From an uncultured Candidatus Saccharibacteria bacterium (lineage in GTDB: Bacteria; Patescibacteriota; Dojkabacteria; GCA-002793355), in NCBI GenBank assembly GCA_964525295.1, contig CAZGEO010000001.1, positions 150,360-214,359 of the forward strand: DNA of 64,000 nt. Direction: 5' to 3'. Below are positions 19,588 through 29,214 of this stretch, in pieces (the first letter of the stretch is position 1; the number at the start of each line of letters is the position of its first letter). Made by a program: the position numbers and the translations under genes. Below the pieces are notes generated by a model. That model saw nothing but the letters and a program-made list of their open reading frames with translations, was not told where the DNA came from and made no database searches.

Positions 19588-20320
19588 TGTACTTATTGTG
19601 CCGTTTTTTTATTGTAATAACAAGAGTAGCTTCTCCTTTATCAAGTTTAAAATCCCTATTTTCCCGTGCCAAGATACCCTGGGGGGTATCCCATATATAT
19701 GACTCAAAAACCTTTGTCATTTCTTTTCCAATACCCACAAAAAGGTCTAATTCTTTCTCTCCCAAGTCAATTTGTAAATCGGCCAAATACCCCAATGACT
19801 TCTTTAATCTGAAAGGCGATTCGAAAAACACGATTGCAACTTTTTCTTTAACATAAAATGGTAAATTATCTGTAACCATACGCTTGAATTCACCTTCTTT
19901 TCGAGGAGCAAAACCCCAAAAAAGAAACTTGGCACTTGCAACCGGAAAAGCACTAATTGCAGTAGTAACTGCAGATGCGCCAGGAATAGGGACCACTTTA
20001 ATTCCCGCTGCATGAACGTCAGCCAAAAGTTTTGCACCTGGGTCTGAAACCACAGGCGTTCCTGCCTCAGAAACGACGCCTATTGTCATATTCTTATCAA
20101 CAAGATCTGCAATAATGATTTTACTCATTCCCTTGTGATTCCCCTCGCGATACCAACGGATCACTTTTTGGATATTGTATTTACTCAGAAGTTTCTTAGT
20201 AGTCGCTGGATTTTCAGAAACAAGATAGTCACATTCTTGAATAGAGTCGAGTGCTCGTTGTGAGATATCACCTAAATTTCCGATTGGAGTTGCAATTACT
20301 AATAAAGCTGCCATTCGCAA
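19580..20320 (-). CDS. rsmI: 16S rRNA (cytidine1402-2'-O)-methyltransferase RsmI.
   Basis: LLVIATPIGNLGDISQRAL. VSEAGTPVVSDPG. PIPGASAVTTAISA. FWGFAPRK. These are the canonical RsmI blocks. Confidence 0.85.
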   Translation of the reverse strand: MRMAALLVIATPIGNLGDISQRALDSIQECDYLVSENPATTKKLLSKYNIQKVIRWYREGNHKGMSKIIIADLVDKNMTIGVVSEAGTPVVSDPGAKLLADVHAAGIKVVPIPGASAVTTAISAFPVASAKFLFWGFAPRKEGEFKRMVTDNLPFYVKEKVAIVFFESPFRLKKSLGYLADLQIDLGEKELDLFVGIGKEMTKVFESYIWDTPQGILARENRDFKLDKGEATLVITIKKRHNKYNE

Positions 20321-20364
20321 TTATCGATGATTAACGATTAATTTGCAAATATGCCATACGTGAC

Positions 20365-20715
20365 TTGACAATACAAGCTACCTTGCAGTACAATGTACCT
20401 ATGTCACTAGACACACAACTTAAAAAAGGAGTGCTAGAACTGTGTATTCTTGCAATTATTGGTAAAGAACCTATATATGGCTACGACCTAATCGAACAAT
20501 TAAAAAGTTCAGGATTAGTTGTAACTGAAGGAACTTTATATCCAATTCTTTCAAGATTACGTCAAGAAGGCATGGTAGAAACGACTATCAAAGAGTCAGC
20601 TACTGGGCCTTCCCGCAGGTACTATGAACTCTCAGAAAAAGGAAAACTTGCTGTAGTAAGTGGAAAAACTGAACTACTCAAGTTTTTTACAACAGTTAAA
20701 AAGATTTTAAATTAA
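20365..20715 (+). CDS. PadR-family transcriptional regulator.
   Basis: 116 aa. LYPILSRLRQEGMVE...RRYYELSEKGK is the PadR winged-helix signature. Confidence 0.8.
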   Translation: MTIQATLQYNVPMSLDTQLKKGVLELCILAIIGKEPIYGYDLIEQLKSSGLVVTEGTLYPILSRLRQEGMVETTIKESATGPSRRYYELSEKGKLAVVSGKTELLKFFTTVKKILN

Positions 20716-20725
20716 TATATTTATT

Positions 20726-22006
20726 ATGAACTTAGATTCATATCAATTACCAACAAAAGTTAAAACCTGGTTGGTAAAACAATTGCTTGCCGATACTGAA
20801 GCAAGAAAATTACTCAACGAATATTCATTCACATTAGGCGCATTTATCACCATAACCAGTTATTTGCAGAAGCTGTACAGCGCCAAAAAGTATGTTTCAG
20901 AAGATACCTTCTCTGACACTTACGGAAGTATTGTTGAACACATTCATGAAAAACTATCAAAAGACAAGACCAATGTCGTACATGAAAAACCTTTAATTAA
21001 AATTCTCGATGACCTTGGCTCTCCAGAAAATATTTCGTCTGAACTTGGAGTAAAAATTAATGAGAAATCAGGTTTTCATAACATATCAATGGTATTAGTA
21101 ACTTTCATTGCCTGGACTTACACAATATTGCTAAACCTCGCAATTATTGGAGTGCTAGCCCTTGCCTTTGGGGCTATTGCATATTCACTTGCCATATTGT
21201 TTATCATTGTTTCTGATAATAATGATTTTGCTGGAGTTTCAGGTTCAAGTGTTTTCGCTCAAGTAAGTGGGGTAGCAGCCTTACCAATTGGCATATTGCT
21301 ATTAATTGTATTTGCTACAAGTTGGAATGAAAAACGCCTACTCTGGAAAACACTTTATGCAGGTATTACTTATTTCTCGATTGCTGCATTACTTTATGGA
21401 GCTTCATATGGAGTATCACGATTGATGCATGTTAAATCACCTGAAAATCTAGATTCCGTTGTTTATCAACAGAAATTGATCACAGGAAACAGTATCAAAA
21501 TTGAGGCAGATAACGCAATCAGTATTTTGGTAAGTGTCGATGAGTTAATGCCGAAAGACCAAATTCGTATTGAATCAACATCTACTCCTTATTTCCCTAG
21601 AAATTGGTTTTTTAGTAATGAAGATACAGTAAACTGGCCAACTATTTCAGTAGAGGCTTTGGGTAATGGTTATTCACACATAAAAATCTTAGATGAACTG
21701 ATTTCAGGACCTTTTATAGCCTCGAAGTATGAAGGCATTCATCAAGAAGTTCGTGTAATTCTTCCCTCATATAATTATCACCTTAGCGTACTTGGGCAAG
21801 AAATCCAAGGACACACACTCTTTAGTGTCGTACATGGCGGTTTTAGCGAAGCAGACATAACAAGAATACATGCGACACAAACTGAATATTGTTCAGAAGA
21901 GCCTGTCTTCAAAGATAATGACAACATAACCTTTGAAAAAGTCTGCCAAAAACGCGAAGAAACAACAGGGTTAGGAATTGCAATGATTGAGATTAAGGCA
22001 AAGTAA
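20726..22006 (+). CDS. Membrane protein of unknown function just downstream of padR. Probably in the same operon.
   Basis: 426 aa. Soluble N-terminal region then 4-5 TM helices. Gap to padR is 10 nt. Confidence 0.45.
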   Translation: MNLDSYQLPTKVKTWLVKQLLADTEARKLLNEYSFTLGAFITITSYLQKLYSAKKYVSEDTFSDTYGSIVEHIHEKLSKDKTNVVHEKPLIKILDDLGSPENISSELGVKINEKSGFHNISMVLVTFIAWTYTILLNLAIIGVLALAFGAIAYSLAILFIIVSDNNDFAGVSGSSVFAQVSGVAALPIGILLLIVFATSWNEKRLLWKTLYAGITYFSIAALLYGASYGVSRLMHVKSPENLDSVVYQQKLITGNSIKIEADNAISILVSVDELMPKDQIRIESTSTPYFPRNWFFSNEDTVNWPTISVEALGNGYSHIKILDELISGPFIASKYEGIHQEVRVILPSYNYHLSVLGQEIQGHTLFSVVHGGFSEADITRIHATQTEYCSEEPVFKDNDNITFEKVCQKREETTGLGIAMIEIKAK

Positions 22007-22030
22007 TCATTTTGATTCCAAAAAAAAAGA

Positions 22031-22051
22031 AAAGGGGCTTTCGCCCCTTTT
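22031..22051. terminator. Bidirectional rho-independent terminator between convergent genes.
   Basis: AAAAGGGGC-TTTC-GCCCCTTTT. Perfect 8-bp GC stem, 4-nt loop, A-tract upstream and T-tract downstream. Confidence 0.75.
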
Positions 22052-22074
22052 CTTTCCTTATCTTTGTAACGAAG

Positions 22075-23472
22075 TTATTTTACTTCAACAACTTCAAACA
22101 CATTTGGGAAATAAGTTTCACCATCAATAGGTGTCTTACAAATCAAGAGTACACGCTCACCAACGGTGACGATTCCCATTGATTTTGATCTTTCCAAAAT
22201 ATTTCGAACTGCTTCGTCTCGATCACCGGTTACTGCATCTTGTACATATGCTCCGGTAATTCCCTTGCTCAAGCGCAAAGTACGGGCATTAACTGGAGTA
22301 CTCACAAAGGCATAAACTTCTTGCTTGATGCCATGGCGAGTAAGTAAACGAGCGGTTAATCCAGATTTTGAAACAACGATAACCTTGTCGATTTCAGTAG
22401 CCATTTCAATACAAAGTGAAGCTCCTGCTTTAGTTAAGGCATCAGCTGAAAGCGAAGCGCCAATTGCTTTGGCCGGTTGAATTTTTGGAGCAACTGATTG
22501 CTCAACTTCAATCGACGTAGTACTCATAAATGTCACCGCTTCAATAGGGTATTTACCTGCAGAGCTTTCACCTGAAAGCATAATCGCATCTGTTCCTGAA
22601 AGGATTGCTGTTGCAATATCGTTGGTTTCAGCGCGAGTTGGGTTAGGATTGTAGGTCATTGACTCAAGCATTTGAGTAGCTGTAATGACTGGTTTACCAG
22701 CTGCATTGGCTTTTTCGATAAGCAACTTTTGCACCATTGGAACTTTTGGTAATCCAAGTTCGACACCCAGACCACCACGGGCGACCATAATTCCATCAAC
22801 GACTTCGAGAATTTCGTCGATATTGTCAACACCTTCTTGATTCTCAATCTTCGCGATTACTCTCATATTTGAGCCTTTAATGAATTCTTTTACTTGTAAT
22901 GCAGATTCTTTATTTTGAATAAAAGAAGGAGAGACGAAATCCCAACCGGTCACAATTGCGTGACGAAGATTTTCTTTATCTTTTTCAGTCAAAACATCGG
23001 TAGTATAAGTACATCCTGGAAGATTCAATGCTTTACCTGGTTTCAAGATTTCACCAAAAACGACCTCGCAGTGCATAATTCCTTCAACAATCTCTTTAAC
23101 GACAAGTTCAACATCACCATCACCAACTAACATTCGTTGACCAACCTGCACATATTTATGCAACTGTGGATAGTTCGCAGGATATATTGGAGCTTCTGGC
23201 GAATTACCGATCGAAATGAGCATTCCAGGGACCAACTTAATTGGCTCTGGGAATTTATTCATTCGAACCTCAGGGCCTTTAACATCAAGCATTAAAGCAA
23301 CGTCATCATTAACAGAACGAACGAGTTCTTTAACTTTATCCATTTCTGCAGGATCTGCAAACGCGCCATTTACACGTGCGCAGTTCATTCCGGCATCAAT
23401 CATAGCTTTCATAACACTTGGTTCCCATGATGAAGGACCAATAGTGCAGACAATTTTTGTTTTTTTGTTCAT
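22075..23472 (-). CDS. pyk: Pyruvate kinase.
   Basis: KTKIVCTIGPSS...GMNCARVNGAF. MVARGGLGVELG active-site block. Length 465 aa. Confidence 0.9.
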   Translation of the reverse strand: MNKKTKIVCTIGPSSWEPSVMKAMIDAGMNCARVNGAFADPAEMDKVKELVRSVNDDVALMLDVKGPEVRMNKFPEPIKLVPGMLISIGNSPEAPIYPANYPQLHKYVQVGQRMLVGDGDVELVVKEIVEGIMHCEVVFGEILKPGKALNLPGCTYTTDVLTEKDKENLRHAIVTGWDFVSPSFIQNKESALQVKEFIKGSNMRVIAKIENQEGVDNIDEILEVVDGIMVARGGLGVELGLPKVPMVQKLLIEKANAAGKPVITATQMLESMTYNPNPTRAETNDIATAILSGTDAIMLSGESSAGKYPIEAVTFMSTTSIEVEQSVAPKIQPAKAIGASLSADALTKAGASLCIEMATEIDKVIVVSKSGLTARLLTRHGIKQEVYAFVSTPVNARTLRLSKGITGAYVQDAVTGDRDEAVRNILERSKSMGIVTVGERVLLICKTPIDGETYFPNVFEVVEVK

Positions 23473-23536
23473 ACAGGCGAATTGTAATACAAAGGAGAGA
23501 AGAATGCTACTATCGCAAATTCCTAAATAAACTTTG

Positions 23537-24250
23537 TTAAATATCTACTTTATCTTCAATCTCGATAAAAGTTAATAAGAGTTCACGTATCTTCGAAACG
23601 TGAACTTTTTTATTTTTTGTTGCTGCGCCAACTCTCTCAAGTGCTTGAATAAGAATGCTACCAACAGGGGTTTTCTTAATTGGATGCTCGCCGTTAGCAA
23701 CAGGTTCGATACCATTCATATACTGATGTAGTGCTGTATTCACTTTTGAATATCTCGACTTAAAGCTAGCCTCGTCAATCTCATCAAATTCAAATCTGAT
23801 ACAACTAATAACCAACTCTGTATATAGACACAACGCTACATTGGATGAATTGATCCTCTCTCGTGCTACTCGTTCTTCAACATCTAGAATAGTCGATCTC
23901 TGCATGCAATTGCCTGTCCAGTCACAATCATTTTTTCCGTATAGTCTTTGTAGAAATTCCATCACCGATGGAATAACATCTTCTCGAACAGTGTATGGCA
24001 GTTGCGAGGGAGCTCTTGTTCCCTGAGCCAGATCGCGCCAAATTTTTGCTTCTTGAGTATATTTTTCGAACAAGATCCGCGATTCTTTAGTTTTCTCTTC
24101 TGGAAAGTTTTCTCCTGATTGCCCTTGATCCGCACAACGAGGTAATCGAATACTGGGGGATGCTTCAAAAATGCTGTCACTTTGATTTGGCCGTTTTTTT
24201 GCACTCCTTGTATCTCCAAACATATCCCGAATTATATCAGAACAAGACAA
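23537..24250 (-). CDS. Hypothetical protein.
   Basis: Long ORF of 237 aa between pyk and gyrB. No recognisable motif. Confidence 0.4.
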   Translation of the reverse strand: MSCSDIIRDMFGDTRSAKKRPNQSDSIFEASPSIRLPRCADQGQSGENFPEEKTKESRILFEKYTQEAKIWRDLAQGTRAPSQLPYTVREDVIPSVMEFLQRLYGKNDCDWTGNCMQRSTILDVEERVARERINSSNVALCLYTELVISCIRFEFDEIDEASFKSRYSKVNTALHQYMNGIEPVANGEHPIKKTPVGSILIQALERVGAATKNKKVHVSKIRELLLTFIEIEDKVDI

Positions 24251-24319
24251 TTTCTGGAACTTTTCAGTAATACTACTTTATCATTCGCACACTCAATTCT
24301 TATGCTATAATCTCGAAAT

Positions 24320-26251
24320 ATGAGCGACACTCCGAACACACAATCAAATTACAATGCAGAGCAGATTACCGTTTTGAAAGGTCTTGAAGCGGTTCGTCAG
24401 CGCCCGGCAATGTATATCGGTTCAACCGATGTAAATGGTTTACACCATATCTTCTATGAAGTACTCGACAACGCCGTTGACGAAGCGCTTGCAGGCTTTG
24501 CAACTCACGTTACCGTCATTCTACACAAAGATAATGGTATTACCGTTAAAGATAACGGTCGTGGTATTCCTATCGACATACACCCAGATACCGGAAAAAG
24601 TGCTCTCGAAACAGTTATGACTGAACTTCACGCAGGTGGAAAATTCGGTAAAGGCGCTTACAAAATTTCAGGAGGTCTTCACGGGGTTGGTATGACCTGT
24701 ACAAACGCGCTATCAACCAAAATGGTTACTTCTGTTTTTCGAAACGGCAAACGATATCATCAAGAATACAAGCAAGGAATTCCACAAACAACACTTCTAG
24801 AAACAGAGGGTAAGGAATTTGCAGATCTGTCAGGAACAACACAATATTTCGTTCCAGATCCAGAGATTTTCAAAGATTCGCAATATAGTGCCAAAACCAT
24901 AGAGAAAAAGATTCACACTCAGGCATTTCTCACGTCAGGTATTACGTTCACATTCATCAACGAAACAACCGGCGAAACACCAGTCATTAAAAGATATTAC
25001 TTTGAGCGTGGAATTTTGTCATTTGTTAACAGTATAAAAACTGGTAGCCCAATCATGAAAGTTCCTTTCTACGTCAACAAGGAACAAGACAATATGCTTA
25101 TCGAAGCAGGTTTCATTTATACTGATTCTTCTACCGACAACATTCGAACTTTTGCAAACAACATTGAAAACCCAGAAGGCGGTACTCACCTTGCCGGTTT
25201 TAAGGCAGCATTGACCTCGTCAATCAATAAATACGGCTTAGGAACAAAACTTCTTGACGATAAAACAAAGCTCGAAGGTGAAGACGTGCGCGAAGGATTA
25301 ACTGCAGTCATTTCTGTAAAACTTGGTAATCCACAGTACGAAGGGCAGACAAAAATCAAACTAAACAACCCTGAAGTAAAAAGTGCTGTACAAACAGTCA
25401 TTTCAGAAGCACTTGCAGAATTCTTTACAGAAAATCCACAAGATGCAAAGTCAGTCATTCAACGTGCGGTTCTTTCATTAAAAGCACGTAATGCAGCGAA
25501 AGCAGCGCGTAACGCCATCTTGCGAAAGAGCGTTATGACCTTTACTGCGCTACCAGGCAAGCTTGCAGACTGTTCAACGAAAGATAAAGAGAAGGGTGAA
25601 CTATTCATCGTAGAAGGTGATTCAGCAGGTGGTTCAGCAAAACAAGGTCGAGATCGTGAATTCCAAGCAATTTTGCCATTAACTGGTAAACCGATTAACG
25701 CTGAAAAGCACAGAGTTGATCGTGTGTTAGCCAACGAAAGGTTGAAAGATCTAGTTACCGCACTAGGCTGTGGTATTGCCGACCAAATGGACATGACCCG
25801 ACTTCGCTACGGTAAAGTTATTATCATGACCGATGCTGATGTTGACGGTTCTCACATTGTTATACTCGTTTTGACCTTCTTCTTTAGATTTATGCGTAGA
25901 CTGATCGACGACGGTAGAGTATTCATTGCACAACCACCATTATTCAAGGTCGAAATTGGAAAAGAAAAATATTGGTTTGTAAGTGAACCAGAAAAAGACA
26001 AATTCCTAGCAGAAGAGGCACTCAAGGGGCACAAGATTAAGAATGTTCAGCGATTCAAAGGGTTAGGTGAAATGAACCCCGAACAATTGAAAGAAACGAC
26101 AATGGACGTTGATAAACGCGTACTCAAGAAAGTTTCCGTAGCCGACGCACAAGCAGCTGACCAATTATTCGATATGCTCATGGGAACTGAAGTTAGTCCA
26201 CGAAAGAAATTTATTCAGCAATACGCTAAGTTCGCAACGCTGGACTTATAA
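24320..26251 (+). CDS. gyrB: DNA gyrase subunit B, type IIA topoisomerase ATPase subunit.
   Basis: GLEAVRQRPAMYIGST. HHIFYEVLDNAVDEALAG (GHKL N-box). Toprim EGDSAGGSAKQGRDR. PLRGKILN-like LPLTGKPINAEK. Length 643 aa. Confidence 0.95.
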   Translation: MSDTPNTQSNYNAEQITVLKGLEAVRQRPAMYIGSTDVNGLHHIFYEVLDNAVDEALAGFATHVTVILHKDNGITVKDNGRGIPIDIHPDTGKSALETVMTELHAGGKFGKGAYKISGGLHGVGMTCTNALSTKMVTSVFRNGKRYHQEYKQGIPQTTLLETEGKEFADLSGTTQYFVPDPEIFKDSQYSAKTIEKKIHTQAFLTSGITFTFINETTGETPVIKRYYFERGILSFVNSIKTGSPIMKVPFYVNKEQDNMLIEAGFIYTDSSTDNIRTFANNIENPEGGTHLAGFKAALTSSINKYGLGTKLLDDKTKLEGEDVREGLTAVISVKLGNPQYEGQTKIKLNNPEVKSAVQTVISEALAEFFTENPQDAKSVIQRAVLSLKARNAAKAARNAILRKSVMTFTALPGKLADCSTKDKEKGELFIVEGDSAGGSAKQGRDREFQAILPLTGKPINAEKHRVDRVLANERLKDLVTALGCGIADQMDMTRLRYGKVIIMTDADVDGSHIVILVLTFFFRFMRRLIDDGRVFIAQPPLFKVEIGKEKYWFVSEPEKDKFLAEEALKGHKIKNVQRFKGLGEMNPEQLKETTMDVDKRVLKKVSVADAQAADQLFDMLMGTEVSPRKKFIQQYAKFATLDL

Positions 26252-26267
26252 ACTTTTGACCAATTAA

Positions 26268-27161
26268 ATGCAGTCCTCCTTAGAGAAAAAACTGCAACAA
26301 GTGCATGCAATTTTTGATGTTAAGTCGATTATCTCTACCGAATTAGACAAAGGTTCTATCGAAGCGTACTATAAGAAAAATTTTCTTGCCTACCGCCTAT
26401 TTCACAATAGAACCGGCTTCTTGCACATGGGAATTTCTACTGCCGAAAAGGCGCAAGATAAAGATTATTGCGAGCAAGCAAATCAAATCAGTTCATTGAT
26501 CGCCAAGCATAAGCTTAAGAATATACTTGAACTAGCCTCGGGACAGGGAGCAAATTTGCAACATCTTGCATCAAGGCACAGAGACGTGACCTTCTATGGA
26601 ATTGATCTTTCCACCTCACCTAATCGTCAAATTTTGCAACAACCAAATATCAGCTTTAGTTATGGTGATTATCATAATCTTTCACAATTCAAAGATGAAA
26701 GCCTAGATCTAATTTACGTTATTGAAGCTCTTTGTCACACAACTACGCCAGAAATTGTTTTCTCTCAAGTTCACAAGAAACTTCGAAAAGACGGTTTATT
26801 CGTAATATTCGACGGATACTATACCAACAGATCAATTAGCCCAACAGAAAAAATTGCGTGCGAACTTGTTGAAAAATCAATGGCCGTTAATACATTTCAA
26901 AATATTAACGATATAGTTAAAATCACAGAAAGAGAGCATTTTCGTATTATTGAGCAAACCGATCTATCAAAAAACGTGTTACCCTCAATGCGAAAAATTG
27001 AAAGATTAGCCAAACATCTCTTTAAACACCGTGTAATATCGAAAATTCTATCACGGGTGTTTCCCTCTGAGATATTCAACAATGCGATTGCAGGCTACCT
27101 TATGCCTGATTTGATTGAATATGGCATCGCAACTTATTATAAGCTTATTATCCAGAAATAA
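26268..27161 (+). CDS. Class I SAM-dependent methyltransferase.
   Basis: Motif I ILELASGQGANL. Acidic motif II YGIDLS. Motif post-I DLIYVIEAL. Confidence 0.6.
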   Translation: MQSSLEKKLQQVHAIFDVKSIISTELDKGSIEAYYKKNFLAYRLFHNRTGFLHMGISTAEKAQDKDYCEQANQISSLIAKHKLKNILELASGQGANLQHLASRHRDVTFYGIDLSTSPNRQILQQPNISFSYGDYHNLSQFKDESLDLIYVIEALCHTTTPEIVFSQVHKKLRKDGLFVIFDGYYTNRSISPTEKIACELVEKSMAVNTFQNINDIVKITEREHFRIIEQTDLSKNVLPSMRKIERLAKHLFKHRVISKILSRVFPSEIFNNAIAGYLMPDLIEYGIATYYKLIIQK

Positions 27162-27778
27162 TGCCTCGGGAAATCGAAATCAAGTTCAAGTTAACAGCTG
27201 AGCAGGAATCGATTTTACGAAATTGGCTTACGGTTAATGCACATTCTGAAGGAACAACTCATCAAATTGAACACTATATAGATAATCCTGACAAAAGTTT
27301 TCTTTTTGAGAATAAGAATGGCTATCTCGATAGTGAACATTATTTGCGAATTCGTCATGACGAACAAAAAGGCGATTCCGTTTGCCTCAAAATATTTGAA
27401 ATTGACCAGGAACTAAACACATCGAAGAATTTAGACGAGATCGAATTCAATGTGAGCGATGCAAGCGAATCTCTCAAACTCTTTACAAAACTAGGATATT
27501 CTAATCACACGATTGTCGACAAAACTCGTGAAAAATTCCTAAGTAACGACGAAAAATACGAAATCTGCATTGATGAAGTCAAAGACCTTGGAAAATTCGC
27601 AGAGGTTGAACTCAAATTTGAAGTAGAAGGTGATATAAAAATTGGCTTTCAGTATCTTTACAACTTTTTGATAGCGCTTGGAATAACCGAAATTGACGTG
27701 CAAAAGCGTGGATATGTATCAATGTTGTGGAATCCAGATATGAATTTTGGGAAAGTGAAGAAATTAATTAATAATTAA
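27161..27778 (+). CDS. CYTH-domain protein, triphosphate tunnel metalloenzyme (class IV adenylate cyclase or thiamine triphosphatase like).
   Basis: N-terminal EIEIKFKL is the CYTH ExExK signature. Later acidic and Lys/Arg blocks follow. Length about 200 aa. Confidence 0.6.
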   Translation: MPREIEIKFKLTAEQESILRNWLTVNAHSEGTTHQIEHYIDNPDKSFLFENKNGYLDSEHYLRIRHDEQKGDSVCLKIFEIDQELNTSKNLDEIEFNVSDASESLKLFTKLGYSNHTIVDKTREKFLSNDEKYEICIDEVKDLGKFAEVELKFEVEGDIKIGFQYLYNFLIALGITEIDVQKRGYVSMLWNPDMNFGKVKKLINN

Positions 27779-27895
27779 TATTTAATAATTAATATGCAGT
27801 CGTGATCATTTGCTCAATCACATAGTGAAATGCGACTCTAGAACATTCCCTAAATGCGCGATTTGAAGAAAAACTTATATGCGGTACAATAGCAC

Positions 27896-28990
27896 ATGAA
27901 ATTCGTAATAATGTGCGGAGGTTCGGGCTCAAAACTATGGCCAGTTAGCCGAGATCTAGCACCAAAACAATTCTTGCCAATTGTTGGAAAAAAAACAATG
28001 TTCCAACTAAACGTTGAGGCCCTACTTGAACGTTATTCAGCACACGATATCTATGTTTCAACTTCTGATGAGCTACAACATTTTGTTGAAGAACAAGCAC
28101 CAGAAATCCCCAAAGAAAATTACATTATTGAACCAAAACTCAACAAGGATACCGGTCCGGCATCTTGCTACGCAATGGCAAAGGTAGCAGCAAAGCATCC
28201 CGATGATGTCGTTTATTTCTACGTTCAAAGCCCAATTATTCGTACTCCCTCCGAAAAATACCTCGATATGATTGAAGGCATGGAACAATTAGTGCTCAAG
28301 CACAACAAATTGGTTACCGGCACACAAATTCCAAAATATACGGAAACTGGAAGCGATTTAATGCAATTAGGCGCACAAGTAGAGGCGATTAATGGCCTTT
28401 CGGTTTACGAAATTGAAAAATTCTTCGATGTCGTCAAAGATCGCTGGACCAAAGACGAAGTTGTCGAAGTTTCAGAGAAACACCGCGTTGGTACACACAC
28501 CAATCACTACACCTGGAGACCTGAGCCTTTCTTCGAAGCAGTAAAAAAATACCGACCAGATTGGTACAAAGTAACCCAGAAACTTCTTGATGCATTTGGC
28601 AAACCAAACGAACAAGAACTTATTAACAAGATTTATTCAGAATACGAACCAGGGCGAGCAGAGTTGTTAACTCGTGAGTTAATGAACAACAATCAAGTAA
28701 TTGCCGTTGTGGTACCGTATCGCTGGGCTCACATAACAACCTGGGACGATGTTTACCGATACTATCTTGAAGAAAATATTGAAACACATCAAACAGAAGT
28801 CATTGAAATCCAAAAAGACGGCAACCTCGTGCTTTCATCTAGCAAAAAACTAGTTGCTCTGGTAGGCATCGAAAACATGGTTATTATCGAAACCGATGAC
28901 GCACTTCTAATTTGCCCGAGAGATCAAGCTAACAAGGTAAAAGAGGTGAATGATATTTTGAAGACGAGAGGGTACAAGGAATTGCTTTAG
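27896..28990 (+). CDS. Mannose-1-phosphate guanylyltransferase-like nucleotidyltransferase.
   Basis: MKFVIMCGGSGSKLWPVSRDLAPKQFLPIVG matches the GGxGTRLWPLSR...PKQF signature of ManC/CpsB-type sugar-1-P nucleotidyltransferases. Confidence 0.75.
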   Translation: MKFVIMCGGSGSKLWPVSRDLAPKQFLPIVGKKTMFQLNVEALLERYSAHDIYVSTSDELQHFVEEQAPEIPKENYIIEPKLNKDTGPASCYAMAKVAAKHPDDVVYFYVQSPIIRTPSEKYLDMIEGMEQLVLKHNKLVTGTQIPKYTETGSDLMQLGAQVEAINGLSVYEIEKFFDVVKDRWTKDEVVEVSEKHRVGTHTNHYTWRPEPFFEAVKKYRPDWYKVTQKLLDAFGKPNEQELINKIYSEYEPGRAELLTRELMNNNQVIAVVVPYRWAHITTWDDVYRYYLEENIETHQTEVIEIQKDGNLVLSSSKKLVALVGIENMVIIETDDALLICPRDQANKVKEVNDILKTRGYKELL

Positions 28991-29030
28991 TTTGATAATT
29001 AAGTAATACCTTAATAAGTTTGTTATTAAT

Positions 29031-29065
29031 ATTTAATATTTAATATTTAATATTTAATATCTAAT
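29031..29065. repeat. Tandem heptamer repeat (ATTTAAT), about 4.5 copies, in the AT-rich spacer upstream of eno.
   Basis: TTAATATTTAATATTTAATATTTAATATTTAATATCTAATA. A similar TAATAATTAATATTTAATAATTAATAT lies at 27772-27800. Confidence 0.6.
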
Positions 29066-29214
29066 AAGTAATGTTTTCGATTTGTATTGCAGACTAATTA
29101 GAGAAGTATTATAAGCATCTATCAATTAAACATTAACTATTAAATCGTAGAATAATAGACTAAGCCTCCCCAACTATGCTACAGTAGCGTTGATTAACAT
29201 CATAGCTACCATTC

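Noticed and set aside
29031-29065. Possible CRISPR array among AT-rich tandem repeats
   Set aside because: Repeat unit is 7 nt with no spacers. There are no cas genes. The Cas4-like domain is part of a helicase fusion, not a cas operon.
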